Positions 23,920 through 37,974 are shown, numbered from the stretch's first letter. The stretch: 64,000 nt of DNA from Callorhinchus milii (GCF_018977255.1 NW_024704772.1:1178001-1242000); one strand, 5' to 3'. Made by a program: numbers and translations. Notes: generated by a model not told the origin, from the sequence alone.

Positions 23920-24185
23920 GAGTCCTGTGGCTCAGTGGTTAGAACACTCGCCTCGCAAGTGACAGGACGCAGGTTCGATTCCCGGGCAGGTGAAATGTTG
24001 GGCAAGTTTCCTTTCGCCACACACATCTCGCAGTAAGTAGGAACCCGGTTGTTAGTCCAGCAAGTCACAAACTCACCCAGCAATCACTCAGTCACACTTT
24101 ACGGTGAATCCTGTGAAGCGCTTTGAGACGTCCTCCCGCCGTGCAAGGCGCTGGGTCAGATGTAAGGATCATTATTATCGTCATT
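23920..24185 (+). mobile_element. tRNA-derived SINE
   Basis: gagtcctgtggctcagtggttagaacactcgcctcgcaag...ggttcgattcccggg (A/B boxes), gtaagtaggaacccggttgttagt body, gaagcgctttgagacgtcc tail. Confidence 0.8.
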
Positions 24186-24804
24186 ATAAATTGTCCCTCT
24201 CAGTGTGAACCGAGTTCACTGATCTGCTCAGAGGATTGACGGAGTGGGATATAATAATGGTGATTGACGGAGTGGGATGTAATAGTAATACACTTCATTT
24301 ATACATTATGTAGCAGTAAAAATTATGTACATTGCATTTGATATAGCCCCTCATCAGGTCGTTGAGACGTCTCAAAGCCTTTCACAGGATACACTGTAAA
24401 GTGTGGTGACTGTGTGTTTGGTGGATGAAGTTGTGACTTACTGAACTAACAACCAGGTTCCTACTTACTGTGAGAGAGGAGTGTGTGTGGAGTGACTGTG
24501 GGTGAAATGAGGCAGTCAGTTGGGCACAGCAGTATCCCACAAACAGTCGTGTCCCACAAACATGTTGAGTGAAGCGTGTGGTGAAGGTTTAGCTGAATAA
24601 CGTTCCGTGAGAGAGTTTACAGTTTCCTTTATGGACTGGGTTTGCAGTGTGTAAAAGTGTCTGCTCAAATCACACGTTTAGCAACCTGGAGTGCACATGG
24701 TTACCATCTGGGCTTCATTGTCACAGAATGGCATTGGTAAACAGCAGCAACAAAAAAACCTCTCCACGTCTCTTGGAACATTGGTAGATGAAAAAAGGAG
24801 GTGA

Positions 24805-25270
24805 TGCAGAGAGTGGGAGAGTGACAGTGATAGATATAGACAGTGAGAGAGACAGAAAGAGACAGTGTGAGAGAGAGAGAGTGACAGAGGGAGAAAGAGA
24901 GAGAGAGAGAGTGACGGAGAGGAGAGTGACAAAAAGGGAGTGAGAGAGCCAGAAAGAGAGGGGGAGTGACAGAGAGGAGAGTGGCAGTGAGAGGGGGAGT
25001 GGCAGAGAGAGAGGAGATTGACAGTGAGAGAGAGAGTGAGAGCCAGAGAGTCCGAGGCAAATTGAGAGAGACACCGAGAGAGTCAGAGATTGCGATAGAG
25101 TCAGTGAGAGACACAGACAGTGAGTGAGTGAGAGAGAGAGAGAGAGAGAAAATTAGAGAGGTTCAGACAGTAAGAGAGTCAGATACTCAGGTAGAGTGAG
25201 AGCGCGAGAGAGACCGACAGTGAGAGACAGAGATTGAGTTAGAGACAGAGAGAATCACAGACAGAGAGCG
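24805..25270 (+). repeat. GA-rich low-complexity tract
   Basis: (GA)n-dominated sequence; duplicated at ~35350-35820. Confidence 0.85.
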
Positions 25271-26085
25271 AGGGGAAATTTTGCCCGCGATCGATTGGGA
25301 AACAGAATTACAGGTGGTTTTTTTATTATCAATATTGTTATTACTATCCTTTTTAAGTGGAAAGAAAGTCTCCAAAGAGTCGCTTGAAGTTGGGTTAAAA
25401 CAGTGAAGCGATTCCAGTGATTCCGATTAACTTGGGAGGCTGTTCGCTTAAAGTGATCCAACGTTGAATTTGAAAGTAATTGTTTGCCGGTTTAAAAATC
25501 AAACTCTGGCAGATCAAACATCGGGTTTAACGGGGGATTTGGACTTTGACTGAATTGGACATTTGGGAGACTTGTGTCTTAAGTATTTTTTTGTGTGTGG
25601 GTGTCTGTGGTGTGTCTGTCTGTCTGTCTGTGTGTGTGTCTGTATGTACAGGAGTGCGGAGTCACTCTCTCTCTCTGACACGGAGTTGGGACGTCCTCCC
25701 GACATGAAAGGCGCTACGCAGATATAATTTTGTATTGTGTGTGTGCTGTGTGTGGGTGTCTTGATTCTCAATTTAGTTTAAATCTTACTGATTCACTGTA
25801 TTACTGTCTGTGGAGTCCTGCAGCTCCGGGCTGGAGGTTGGGATCAGGAGGGGGGGGTGAAGGGCAGGGACGGTGGGGGTAAGGGGGTGTGGGGGTGTGG
25901 GTGACTGAAGGTGCAGTCGAAAAGAAGGGTCTTGAGACAGGCCCTTGAAGGAGCCAAGGGAGGGAGGGAGGGGGCGCGAGGTGAAGGGACTGTGGGATGG
26001 AGTTCCCAGAGCAACACCAGGAACGTTCAAACAGGATGGCTTTAATGTATTGTGTCTCTTACACAGGATTGCTCAGTGGGTGAGG

Positions 26086-27453
26086 ATGAAGTGTGCTGCT
26101 CTGCCGGCTCTGGCTCTGGCTCTGGCTCTGGCACTTGCTTTAAGTCTCGAAACGGCACAGTGTAAAGAGCAACGGGTGACAGACAACTGGAAATGGAACT
26201 ACAGAGAAGGAGGTAATGGAGGGCGATTGGTGTCACGGCTGAAATCCCATCCAGTCTCAGCCTCTTGCACCGTCATTATCGTCTTAACATTTAAGAGCGA
26301 GCCAGGGAGCGAGCGAGCGAGCCAGGGAGCGAGCGAGCGAGCGAGTGAGTGAGTGAGTGAGTGAGCCAGGGAGGGAGGGTGCGAGAGAGGGATCGAGGGA
26401 AAGAGTGAGGGGCAGAGAGAGGAGTGCAGCTGCACTCTCTCTGACCGTGAGTGAGGAAGGGAGCGAGAGGAAGGGATGAGCGAGGAGCAGAGAGGTGAGT
26501 GCGGAGTCACTCTCTCTCTGACACGGAGCGAGGGTTAGGCTCTGTTTGGAGCTCCGTGGACAGTAATGGCTGTTTTCACAGTTGACCGGGTGAATATCCA
26601 GGGAGTGCGGAGTGTTTCCCGTGTCCTCGACCACTGGGGGAACAGGATCTTCAACACAATGAGGGACACCATCATCAACCACCCCCAGGACGTGCTGCCC
26701 GACTACTCCAGGTACACACCCGCTCTGCACCCCTATACGCTCGTGTACTATTCCAGATACGGGAGGAGTGTAATGCACTTAAGAGAATGTAACAGCCAGT
26801 GTTTCCCTCTCTGCACTACAATAATAATCCTGACATTTGACACAGCACCTTTCACGTCGGGAGGACATCTCACAGCGGTTCACGGGACATGACTGTACAG
26901 TGGAGTGACTGTGTGTTTGTGCGGGAACGCAAACTGCCGTGAAGTGACTGAGCAAGCTAGCAAGTGATTTGATTGTCTGGGGGATTGTCAGTCAGAGAAT
27001 GAGCTGTGCACCCTCTCACTCTCTCTCCGTCCATTTCCCTCCCTCTCCCTCTCTCCTCCATCCCCCTTCTCTCTCCCTATATCTCCTTTCCTCTCCCCCT
27101 CCCCACGCTCTCTCTCTCTCTCTCAACGCAGGATCAGGCCACTCTCTGAAGCCCTGGATGATTTGTTCCGGGAGGTGAAGACCCTGAAAAAACACCTGTT
27201 GTTGCTGAACGAGCGTTGGGGGGTCTCGAGAGTGACCTGACCTCCGGTGGGCTTCGGCAAACCCCTGAAGGTGGAAGCGGGTGGTGATGAGGAGGGTCCC
27301 ACAGAGAGCCGGGGGCAGGATTCTGTCCAGGAGAATGAGACTCCAACCCAGACAGAGGGGGCGGGGGGCATATCGCACCTCCCAGCGCCAGCCCCAGGGC
27401 CTCCCAGGCACACGGGAGAGGATCGTGCCACGCCAAATTCCACCTATACTTAG
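26086..27453 (+). CDS. Uncharacterised secreted protein, duplicate copy 1, with indels in exon 3
   Basis: Exons 26086-26212, 26582-26711 and 27132-27453. Exon 3 is frameshifted relative to the intact copy at 37656-37974, probably through consensus errors near the contig end. Confidence 0.6.
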
Positions 27454-28168
27454 ACGGCGGATCTTAAAATGGTAGGAAAGAGAAACGGTCGAACGGCTAA
27501 GACTAGGCGGAATTCAGGGCCTCTTGTTTGTGGGAGCGAGTTTCACACGCGCTCCTCCCACCCCCCACCCCCCACCCCCCCCACCCCCACCCCATCCATC
27601 CGAGGTGCAGTGCGTCACCACCACGATGGTGACCAGAGAAAACACCAGTTGTGAGCTTGTTTTTTTCCATCTTTCATTAAACGTTTTTAATCCGAATAGA
27701 AAAAGTGTCACTTTCTCTCCCTCTCTCCCTCCCTCCCTCTTTCTCTCCCACTCCCTCTCCCCCTCCCTCCCTCCCCCCCACAATCAGGCTCCAGCAGGCA
27801 TACCTATGTGAACGAGATGCTCCTGGCCAGTGAAGAGTTAATCTTGCGTGTGAGTGCGAGACCGCGGGGGACGCTGACCCCTCCCTGGTTGGCTCCACCT
27901 GTTACAGATGTTAACCAGACTCGGGCTGATTTATCACCCATCTGGAGCCCGGAGCTGAGGAGCCTCTGGTTACATACCACACTGCTGACGTCTCCCCATT
28001 CTCTCCCCCTCCACCCCGCCAGACAGCTTCCTCTCCCCCCCCCACCACCCCGGCAGCTTCTCACCCTCACCCTCACCCCCACCACCCCCACCACCAATCA
28101 ACACCCGCCCCCACCAGCTCCGGCCTCGCTGCAAACCGGGCAGGTGGGGGTCTCAACGGTGTGTGCGG

Positions 28169-28867
28169 TCACTCCGGGGCTCCTGCCTGACCAGCCAGAC
28201 CTCGTTCCTCCTCCCAGAGGCTTCATGGGGGGTCGTAGCCGGCGCACAGGAAGTGTTCCGGTGATAAGGCCGCCTGCTCCCCCCAGCGCCGCGCACAGAT
28301 TGCCGGCGTGTTCCACCAGTCCGCTTCTTTAGCGTAGCCTCCGAATGCCTGCGGGAGCCAAGGGCACATCAGCGACACGCCTCAAACACGCCACCGCGTC
28401 TGTGTGTCTCACCTCACCCGTCAGATCCCTGCCCCACCCCCCCCCCACCCCCCACCCCCGCCCCTCGCCCATACACTATAATAATAATCCTTGCATTTGG
28501 TACTGCGCCTGATCACGTCATCGAGACGTCTCAAAGAGCCTCACAGGACAGACTGTAAAGTGTAGTGACTGTGTATTTTGAAGGCGAAATATATATAAAG
28601 GAACACAGGAACAGGAGGAGGCCATTCAGCCCATTGTGTCCGCTCCGGCTCCTTGATCTGTATCTCGACTGAGCGCGGTGACACTCACGTGGAGTAGACG
28701 GTGAAGCCCTCCTGGTGCTGGACGGTGATGCTCTGGTCCGTGGGCCGGGGCGGCTCCTCTGGTATTTGCTGGGGATGCGGATCTGCACGAGGACCCGGGC
28801 TGTAGGCCGCCCTGGTCACCGCGGTGGGCACGGATGGTGACCGGAGCCGTCATCCCCATTCCCACAC
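28169..28867 (-). pseudogene. HEBP1: Partial HEBP1 copy (exons 3-4 only, with indels) inside the duplication
   Basis: Exon 3 at 28689-28867 and exon 4 at 28169-28348 match 39230-39410 and 38709-38892 but carry several single-base indels; probably an assembly artefact. Confidence 0.6.
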
Positions 28868-28920
28868 CTGGCAACGAGAGGAGGAGGAGAAGGTGCTCAC
28901 AGCCGGGAAGAGACTGGGAC

Positions 28921-28950
28921 NNNNNNNNNNNNNNNNNNNNNNNNNNNNNN
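28921..28950. other. 30-N scaffold gap at the duplication junction
   Basis: N run. Confidence 1.
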
Positions 28951-29021
28951 CATTGTACTAATTTATGAATACAATATCAGACGCTGCCTGCCGATGATTC
29001 GATCTCCGCGGTAGGACGCAA

Positions 29022-32000
29022 CCCTTCATCTGACATGTTGATTTGTTTGATGGTGAAAACGAGTTGTTTTCTTTGCTGTCTACACTATGCTTCACCTTCC
29101 CGTCTTTGTATAAACGAAATTGCATTACACGTTGTGTCTGTGCGGGAGCTTTGCAGGTGAATTGAACGGTGTCCCTGGTGTTGCAGAGTCTGGCGAGGGC
29201 CTGGTAGACAGGATGGGCTGTGAGGGCTGTTCTGAAACAAGATGATTGAAGAAATCATGTGCATTTACTCCTCAACACCTCCCTCATCCCCTCTGTTCCA
29301 CCATCGGCGGCTGTGCTTCCAGCCACAGCACTCCGAACTCTGGAACTCTCTGCCTGAATCCCACTCCCCCACCCCTCTCCTTCACTACCTTCTGTCCTCA
29401 GATCACGACTGAAGACATCGCTCTTTTTGACCATTTCTTTCAGCAGATTGAGTTGTTATCACTCAGGCTGTGATTGAAATGGCTCACAGCCAGCGATTCC
29501 GCACTTGAAGCATTGTCGGACTATACGCTGTGTGAGGGGCGCTATCCAAATGCAAGTTGTTGTTGTTGTTTGGCCCAGGGCCCTGTTTCCACCGTGTCCA
29601 AATTTGCAATTTCTGCACAGTTTGTCAAAATGGTCTCACAGCGCTTCGCCAGGCTTTTACTGTCATGTGTAGTGACTGTGTGTTTTGTAAGTGCCGGGGC
29701 GTACAACATCAGGCCTCTGTTGCCTCAAAGGAACCTGGCAAACAGGCACAGGAAGAGGCCATTCAACTCGCTGTCACTGAGCCTATTCTGTCAGATCTTT
29801 TAATCCCATTTCCCTGCCCAACCCCTTACTGTGGTTGCAACACTAAAAGATTGCAGTTCCTGGGTTTGTTTCACACACACTAACCTTCTGCGGCCAATTG
29901 TTTTACACCCATTATTTGAACTGGAAGAGAAAATAAAACATCACGATTACAATGAGAAGAATTACAGACAAATTAGACAATTACAGATCACAACCATGTT
30001 GTGCAGGAGCCACAGCCTGACTCTGCGGCTTTGGACAGTAAAGCTGGCCTTACCATGGGAGAGAGAAAAGAGCTGGGACTGGGAACGAAGGGCTTGTGGA
30101 GTCCTGTAGCCCAGTGGTTAGTGCACTTGCCTTGCAAGCGAGAGGACCCGGGTTATCCTGGGTAGGATGAAAAGTTAGTCAAGTTTCCTTCCATACACAT
30201 GCTTCACTTAGTCAATTGGCAGATCACTTTCTGGGTCAGTAATAATCCTTCCAAAAACAAAATTGATCACTCAATCCACGATTGTTTGTGGGACACTGCT
30301 GTGAGCATTTGGCTGTTGCGTTTCGCCCACAAAATCCACTTCACAAATTATTCTGTGAAGCTTTGAGATGTCTCAAAGACGTGATAAGACGCTATATCAA
30401 ATGCCAGAGTTATTATTACTATTGTAGGTGGGAGAGAAGGTACACTGTGGCAGGATGAATGTCAGATACAGAGAACACCTCTGATCTATACCTCAACTCC
30501 AATTGGCCGCCTTTGCCCCATATCCCTTAATACTCTTACACACAAAACCACAATTGCATTTATATAGCACTCTGCACACAGGGGAGATACCTAACAAACA
30601 TCTATCCACCTCAGTCAGTTTGAAAGGATCCAGCATCCACAGCCTTTTGGGGGTGGTACAGAGTTCCAGATATCCACTCCCCTTTGCATGAAAAAATTGC
30701 TTCCAATAAAAAATTTGATTTAACAACAGCCCCTTGCAGTCAGGCCAGTCCTTCCACTGCAACCATCCAGTCCTACCCCAATTTCCTCTACGTCTTTGTA
30801 ATACTCCCCTTCAAAACAGTGGCAAGCTGTGTGGTTTTAGCTGGTTAGACTCCAGCAGTTTCCCCCAATGCACACTCTGGGCTCTCCCCCCCCCACTCCC
30901 CCCCCCCAGCCTTGGCTCTCGCCAACCTGCGCCTAATACTCTCCGGAATTAGGTAACTAGGAAGAGTCCTTCCAGGGAGAGAGAGAGAAGAGCGCATTCC
31001 ATTCCAACAATCTATCTCTGGGGTCTCGATGTGTAGGTGGGACGCGTGGAATTCTCAGCCTGGTTTGGAGACTCTTTATATTATTATTATTAAGTATGGA
31101 AATGGGTTTTCGCATATGTCAGACAGACACCTACATGACCAAAGAAAAATTTCAGCTCTCAGAATTCCTTGTGGGTGTCTCGTCATGTCTTTCAAAAGAC
31201 CTGAATTTGAAGGATAAAGGGACCACCATCAGTTTTTAAGCCTTCAGTCTCTCTCAGTTTCAGTCTAATTTTTTTTTCAGCGACAGTATAAAAGAGGATA
31301 TAAACCACTCACTCACCGGCTACCAGAATAACAGCAAAGAAAAGCATCGTCAGGTCTGATGCTGGCATGAAACTTGAGGCGCACACGACAAAGTGAGATG
31401 GCGGTTCCCTTGCTCTTGTGAAATACCCTATTGTTTACTCTCCCCCGATGACGGGCTCCTTCTGTGATTCTGGAAACGGACCCTGCTTCCTCTTAAATCA
31501 GGCGTTTCACAACCAACTGCAAATTCAGACAATCAGCAGGAAATATCTTGGTGTGAAATCGCCTTATACCTTACGCTGGGACCAGCCTCTCAAACCCACC
31601 TGCTCCCCCATTCTATGAAACCATGGCCGATCAGTACCTCAGCTCCATTCACCCTTTTCTCCATCTATAATAACAACAATAATAATAATGATCCTTGCAT
31701 TTGATATAGTGCCTTATCATGTCGTCGAGGCATCTCAAAGAGCTTCGTGATTAAATTTTAATGATTAAAATACCATCAACAAGGATCAGTGTAAATTGTG
31801 AGACAAATGGGCCGTATTATGAGGTGTGTGGGGATGAGGTTCAGTGTCTTTAACCACACGGTCCCTCAGCTTCTGGGTCAGAAGGTTGTGGGTTCAAGCC
31901 CCACATTGGGATTTCAACCCACATCATCCAGACTGACACTCCAGAGCATTGTTGGGGAGGAGAGTTGTATTGTTGGGTTTGAAAGGCACAAGAGAAATGT

Positions 32001-32331
32001 CATTTTCTGTCGTTAAGGACATTAAAGATCCCACAGCGCTACTTGAAAAGAGAAGGGAGTTTCCTCACTCTCCCGGTGTCTGGGTCAACAATCCCCCAAA
32101 GAAAATCACTCATTCAATTCATGGCTGTTTGCAGCTTTGTCACTGTGTGCAAATTGGCTGCCGTGTTCACCTACAAAAAACACAGTCACTGCACTTTACA
32201 GTGAATCCTCTGTAGCTCTCTGAGACGTCCTCCCGATTTGAAAGGTGCTGCATCAAACATTATTGTAATCCGCAGGAGACTTCAGAAAGACAACACTCAC
32301 CGACCGCAGAAAGGATGATAAACAGCGACAT
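29022..32331 (-). pseudogene. 3'-truncated duplicate of the Ig receptor gene (two leader exons, mini-exon, partial frameshifted Ig exon)
   Basis: Same exons as 18485-21789; no TM or cytoplasmic exons; likely artefactual. Confidence 0.55.
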
Positions 32332-35300
32332 CGTCCTTCGAGTGTGAGGGGAGTTGACGGCTGAATGTGTCTAACTTTCCAAAAGCGGCCCCCAAAATGA
32401 TCGATCAATGTATTTCAGCAAACCTCCAGCCACGCACAGGGTAGGTTGATTTTAAAGTCTCCTCCGAAGGCAATGCTGCTGTCTCTCCTTCCAGTACTGC
32501 GCTGCAGCGTTAGCTCAAAGTCCCCCCAAAGTTGGGGCTCAGAACCTACAACCTTCTGACTCAAAGGTGATAGAGCCAGAACCCGAGCCAGTGGTTGAGC
32601 TCAAACCTATGAGAAACATCCAGGTTTAGACCTGACCAGGATGGGTGATCAGTATTTTGCAACTCCAGGAAGTGACACACATCCCCCAGGAATTTCATCA
32701 CCAAACCGCTGAATTGCGGGGGACGGGATGGGGAGAATGGGCAGCAGGGGGAACGGTGTCAGGATGGTTTATTATAGGGGAGGCCGGAGGAGGGGGTGGG
32801 GGTGTAGTGTGTGGTCAAACTTGTGATGTGATGTTCGTCACCGGTGATAATTATTGCATCCCGGGACGCTTTGCCCCATCCGTCCAGGCAGTGTCTGCCT
32901 GTGTGTATGTGTGGGGTGTAGGGATTGCAGGGGGGTTGGTGGGTGTGGTGGGGTGGTTATGTGACGGTGTGTGGGGGTGGTGGGGGGTAGTCTACGTTGT
33001 CAGAGACACTGCTGTGCGGATTCTCGCAGTTGTTTTATTAAATATTAGGTGTGTGTATGTCTGCGTTGCACAACGACAGGGTGGAAAATTGTGAGACCTT
33101 GCGTGTGCTGACGGATGGGCCCTAATGGACCCTTTGATAAAACGGGGGAACTTGCTCTGTTTTACCTTTTCCTCAATCTTGTGGCTGAGGTGGCAGAGAG
33201 AGCTGAGCGTGACCACTGGTCGGGGAATGACATAGGTGGAAATGGCATTGCATTCTGTAGCTCCCTATTTGTCTCAGCCTTTGGCTGCCGCGTTTCGCCC
33301 ACTAAATGTACAGTCAATTCATTTGCACTGTATTCTCTGAGGCGCTTTGAGACGTCTCGAAAAGACGCTGTATCAAATGCAAGGATTTTTACTAGTATTA
33401 TTATTATTATTAGCCTGTGCCTCAGACGGTTGCACTCAAGCCTCTGAGAATATAGGAACAGGAGGAGGCCAGTCAGGCCTTTGAATGAGATATTGGCTGT
33501 CGTTTTCCCCTACAAAATAGACACTTGACAGTGAATCCTGCGATGGTCTGGTTTTCCTTGGGACCTCTGTCAAGCATTGCCAAGGCTGAAAACTGGCCTT
33601 AGAAACCGCAGCACAAATATACATTAAGTGGATTGAAGCTCTCTTCTTCCCTATCCAGCCCAATGTGCCTCACAGCTGCCCTTTGATCATACAATGCTTC
33701 CAGCTGTGTCCAAATTGCCTCCAGGATTGGTCTGGCCTACAAAACAGGTTGGAGGGAGTGGAGGGCTTGAACCCAAAACCTTCTGACTCAAGAGACGAGA
33801 GTGCTACCAACTGAGCCAGGCTCATAAGAATAATCCTTGCATTTGATTATGTCTTTGAAACGTCTCAAAGTGCTTCACAGAGTATATTGTAAAGTGAATT
33901 GACTATATATTTTCTGGGCGAAAAGTGGCAGCCAATTGCACAAACAGCAGTGGTCCCACAAACAGTCCTGGATTGAGTGACCAAATTATTATTATATATA
34001 CTTTTTGTGATAATGCATTGGAACTGAGACTGAACTCAACTGCCAGTGAGGGTCTAAATCTACAATCCGCTGATCCAGAGGAGAGAGAGAGAGAAAGAGA
34101 GTGACTGAGCCAAAGGGGTGTGTGTGTGGCGGGGGTGGGATTATAAACTCCGTTGGAAACACAGAATGAAGTGCTCCCTGGCTTAAGCAGGATCAAGCCA
34201 TCTCCCCGTTTCCCCTAGTCCTGACCTCAGGCCTGCGTTACACACACAGATCTGCTTCTCATCTGATGCACAGCACAAGCCGTTGTGGGCACATGTGATA
34301 AACATTCTGTCAGTGTATAACTCATGTATACAGTGCGAAGCCAGGAATGTAATGTCTGATGTGATGGGCTCCATCTGACTCCCAGCCCATCTGGTAATGT
34401 TTAAGACAATGTGTGTTGTCGCAACGAAAGCACCAGCGACTGCCACATTTTTACATTCGTAGAGTCCTGTGGCTCAGTGGTTAGAACACTCGCCTCGCAA
34501 GTGACAGGACGCAGGTTCGATTCCCGGGCAGGTGAAATGTTGGGCAAGTTTCCTTTCGCCACACACACATCTCGCAGTAAGTAGGAACCCGGTTGTTAGT
34601 CCAGCAAGTCACAAACTCACCCAGCAATCACTCAGTCACACTTTACGGTGAATCCTGTGAAGCGCTTTGAGACGTCCTCCCGCCGTGCAAGGCGCTGGGT
34701 CAGATGTAAGGATCATTATTATCGTCATTATAAATTGTCCCTCTCAGTGTGAACCGAGTTCACTGATCTGCTCAGAGGATTGACGGAGTGGGATATAATA
34801 ATGGTGATTGACGGAGTGGGATGTAATAGTAATACACTTCATTTATACATTATGTAGCAGTAAAAATTATGTACATTGCATTTGATATAGCCCCTCATCA
34901 GGTCGTTGAGACGTCTCAAAGCCTTTCACAGGATACACTGTAAAGTGTGGTGACTGTGTGTTTGGTGGATGAAGTTGTGACTTACTGAACTAACAACCAG
35001 GTTCCTACTTACTGTGAGAGAGGAGTGTGTGTGGAGTGACTGTGGGTGAAATGAGGCAGTCAGTTGGGCACAGCAGTATCCCACAAACAGTCGTGTCCCA
35101 CAAACATGTTGAGTGAAGCGTGTGGTGAAGGTTTAGCTGAATAACGTTCCGTGAGAGAGTTTACAGTTTCCTTTATGGACTGGGTTTGCAGTGTGTAAAA
35201 GTGTCTGCTCAAATCACACGTTTAGCAACCTGGAGTGCACATGGTTACCATCTGGGCTTCATTGTCACAGAATGGCATTGGTAAACAGCAGCAACAAAAA

Positions 35301-36638
35301 AACCTCTCCACGTCTCTTGGAACATTGGTAGATGAAAAAAGGAGGTGATGCAGAGAGTGGGAGAGTGACAGTGATAGATATAGACAGTGAGAGAGACAGA
35401 AAGAGACAGTGTGAGAGAGAGAGAGTGACAGAGGGAGAAAGAGAGAGAGAGAGAGTGACGGAGAGGAGAGTGACAAAAAGGGAGTGAGAGAGCCAGAAAG
35501 AGAGGGGGAGTGACAGAGAGGAGAGTGGCAGTGAGAGGGGGAGTGGCAGAGAGAGAGGAGATTGACAGTGAGAGAGAGAGTGAGAGCCAGAGAGTCCGAG
35601 GCAAATTGAGAGAGACACCGAGAGAGTCAGAGATTGCGATAGAGTCAGTGAGAGACACAGACAGTGAGTGAGTGAGAGAGAGAGAGAGAGAGAGAGAAAA
35701 TTAGAGAGGTTCAGACAGTAAGAGAGTCAGATACTCAGGTGGAGTGAGAGCGCGAGAGAGACCGACAGTGAGAGACAGAGATTGAGTTAGAGACAGAGAG
35801 AATCACAGACAGAGAGCGAGGGGAAATTTTGCCCGCGATCGATTGGGAAACAGAATTACAGGTGGTTTTTTTATTATCAATATTGTTATTACTATCCTTT
35901 TTAAGTGGAAAGAAAGTCTCCAAAGAGTCGCTTGAAGTTGGGTTAAAACAGTGAAGCGATTCCAGTGATTCCGATTAACTTGGGAGGCTGTTCGCTTAAA
36001 GTGATCCAACGTTGAATTTGAAAGTAATTGTTTGCCGGTTTAAAAATCAAACTCTGGCAGATCAAACATCGGCTTTAACGGGGGATTTGGACTTTGACTG
36101 AATTGGACATTTGGGAAACTTGTGTCTTAAGTATTTTTTTGTGTGTGGGTGTCTGTGGTGTGTCTGTCTGTCTGTCTGTCTGTCTGTGTGTCTGTATGTA
36201 CAGGAGTGCGGAGTCACTCTCTCTCTCTGACACGGAGTTGGGACGTCCTCCCGACATGAAAGGCGCTACGCAGATATAATTTTGTATTGTGTGTGTGCTG
36301 TGTGTGGGTGTCTTGATTCTCAATTTAGTTTAAATCTTACTGATTCACTGTATTACTGTCTGTGGAGTCCTGCAGCTCCGGGGCTGGAGGTTGGGATCAG
36401 GAGGGGGGGGTGAAGGGCAGGGACGGTGGGGGTAAGGGGGTGTGGGGGTGTGGGTGACTGAAGGTGCAGTCGAAAAGAAGGGTCTTGAGACAGGCCCTTG
36501 AAGGAGCCAAGGGAGGGAGGGAGGGGGCGCGAGGTGAAGGGACTGTGGGATGGAGTTCCCAGAGCAACACCAGGAACGTTCAAACAGGATGGCTTTAATG
36601 TATTGTGTCTCTTACACAGGATTGCTCAGTGGGTGAGG

Positions 36639-37974
36639 ATGAAGTGTGCTGCTCTGCCGGCTCTGGCTCTGGCTCTGGCTCTGGCACTTGCTTTAAGTCT
36701 CGAAACGGCACAGTGTAAAGAGCAACGGGTGACAGACAACTGGAAATGGAACTACAGAGAAGGAGGTAATGGAGGGCGATTGGTGTCACGGCTGAAATCC
36801 CATCCAGTCTCAGCCTCTTGCACCGTCATTATCGTCTTAACATTTAAGAGCGAGCCAGGGAGCGAGCGAGTGAGTGAGTGAGTGAGCCAGGGAGGGAGGG
36901 TGCGAGAGAGGGATCGAGGGAAAGAGTGAGGGGCAGAGAGAGGAGTGCAGCTGCACTCTCTCTGACCGTGAGTGAGGGAGGGAGCGAGAGGAAGGATGAG
37001 CGAGGAGCAGAGAGGTGAGTGCGGAGTCACTCTCTCTCTGACACGGAGCGAGGGTTAGGCTCTGTTTGGAGCTCCGTGGACAGTAATGGCTGTTTTCACA
37101 GTTGACCGGGTGAATATCCAGGGAGTGCGGAGTGTTTCCCGTGTCCTCGACCACTGGGGGAACAGGATCTTCAACACAATGAGGGACACCATCATCAACC
37201 ACCCCCAGGACGTGCTGCCCGACTACTCCAGGTACACACCCGCTCTGCACCCCTCCACGCTCATGTGTACTATTCCAGGTACGGGAGGAGTGTAATGCAC
37301 TTAAGAGAATGTAACAGCCAGTGTTTCCCTCTCTGCACTACAATAATAATCCTGACATTTGACACAGCACCTTTCACGTCGGGAGGACATCTCACAGCGG
37401 TTCACGGGACATGACTGTACAGTGGAGTGACTGTGTGTTTTGTGCGGGAACGCAAACTGCCGTGAAGTGACTGAGCAAGCTAGCAAGTGATTTGATTTGT
37501 CTGGGGGATTGTCAGTCAGAGAATGAGCTGTGCACCCTCTCACTCTCTCTCCGTCCATTTCCCTCCCTCTCCCTCTCTCCCTCCATCCCCCTTCTCTCTC
37601 CCTATATCTCCTTTCCTCTCCCCCTCCCACGCTCTCTCTCTCTCTCTCAACGCAGGATCAGGCCACTCTCTGAAGCCCTGGATGATTTGTTCCGGGAGGT
37701 GAAGACCCTGAAAAAACACCTGTTGTTGCTGAACGAGCGGTTGGGGGGTCTCGAGAGTGACCTGACCTCGGTGGGCTTCGGCAAACCCCTGAAGGTGAAG
37801 CGGGTGGTGATGAGGAGGGTCCCACAGAGAGCCGGGGGCAGGATTCTGTCCAGGAGAATGAGACTCCAACCCAGACAGAGGGGGCGGGGGGCATATCGCA
37901 CCTCCCAGCGCCAGCCCAGGGCCTCCCCAGGCACACGGGAGAGGATCGTGCCACGCAATTCCACCTATACTTAG
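36639..37974 (+). CDS. Uncharacterised secreted protein (~191 aa): signal peptide, helical core, coiled coil, Arg-rich tail; intact copy
   Basis: Exons 36639-36765 (MKCAALPALALALALALALSLETAQCKEQRVTDNWKWNYREG), 37102-37231 (VDRVNIQGVRSVSRVLDHWGNRIFNTMRDTIINHPQDVLPDYSR) and 37656-37974 (IRPLSEALDDLFREVKTLKKHLLLLNERLGGLESDL...RNSTYT*). Phases 1 and 2 are consistent. An acceptor (ttacacag) just upstream of the ATG implies a non-coding first exon. Confidence 0.8.

Larger units (their letters stand above)
18485..28920 (+). repeat. Near-identical ~10.4-kb direct duplication, copy 1
   Basis: Matches 29022-39463 (offset about 10.54 kb) apart from small indels and a few substitutions; ends at a 30-N gap. 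Confidence 0.95.

Noticed and set aside
23920-23990. tRNA-like sequence, also near 19563, 17790-17857 and 9340-9402
   Set aside because: These are SINE heads: degenerate and continuous with the SINE body and tail.
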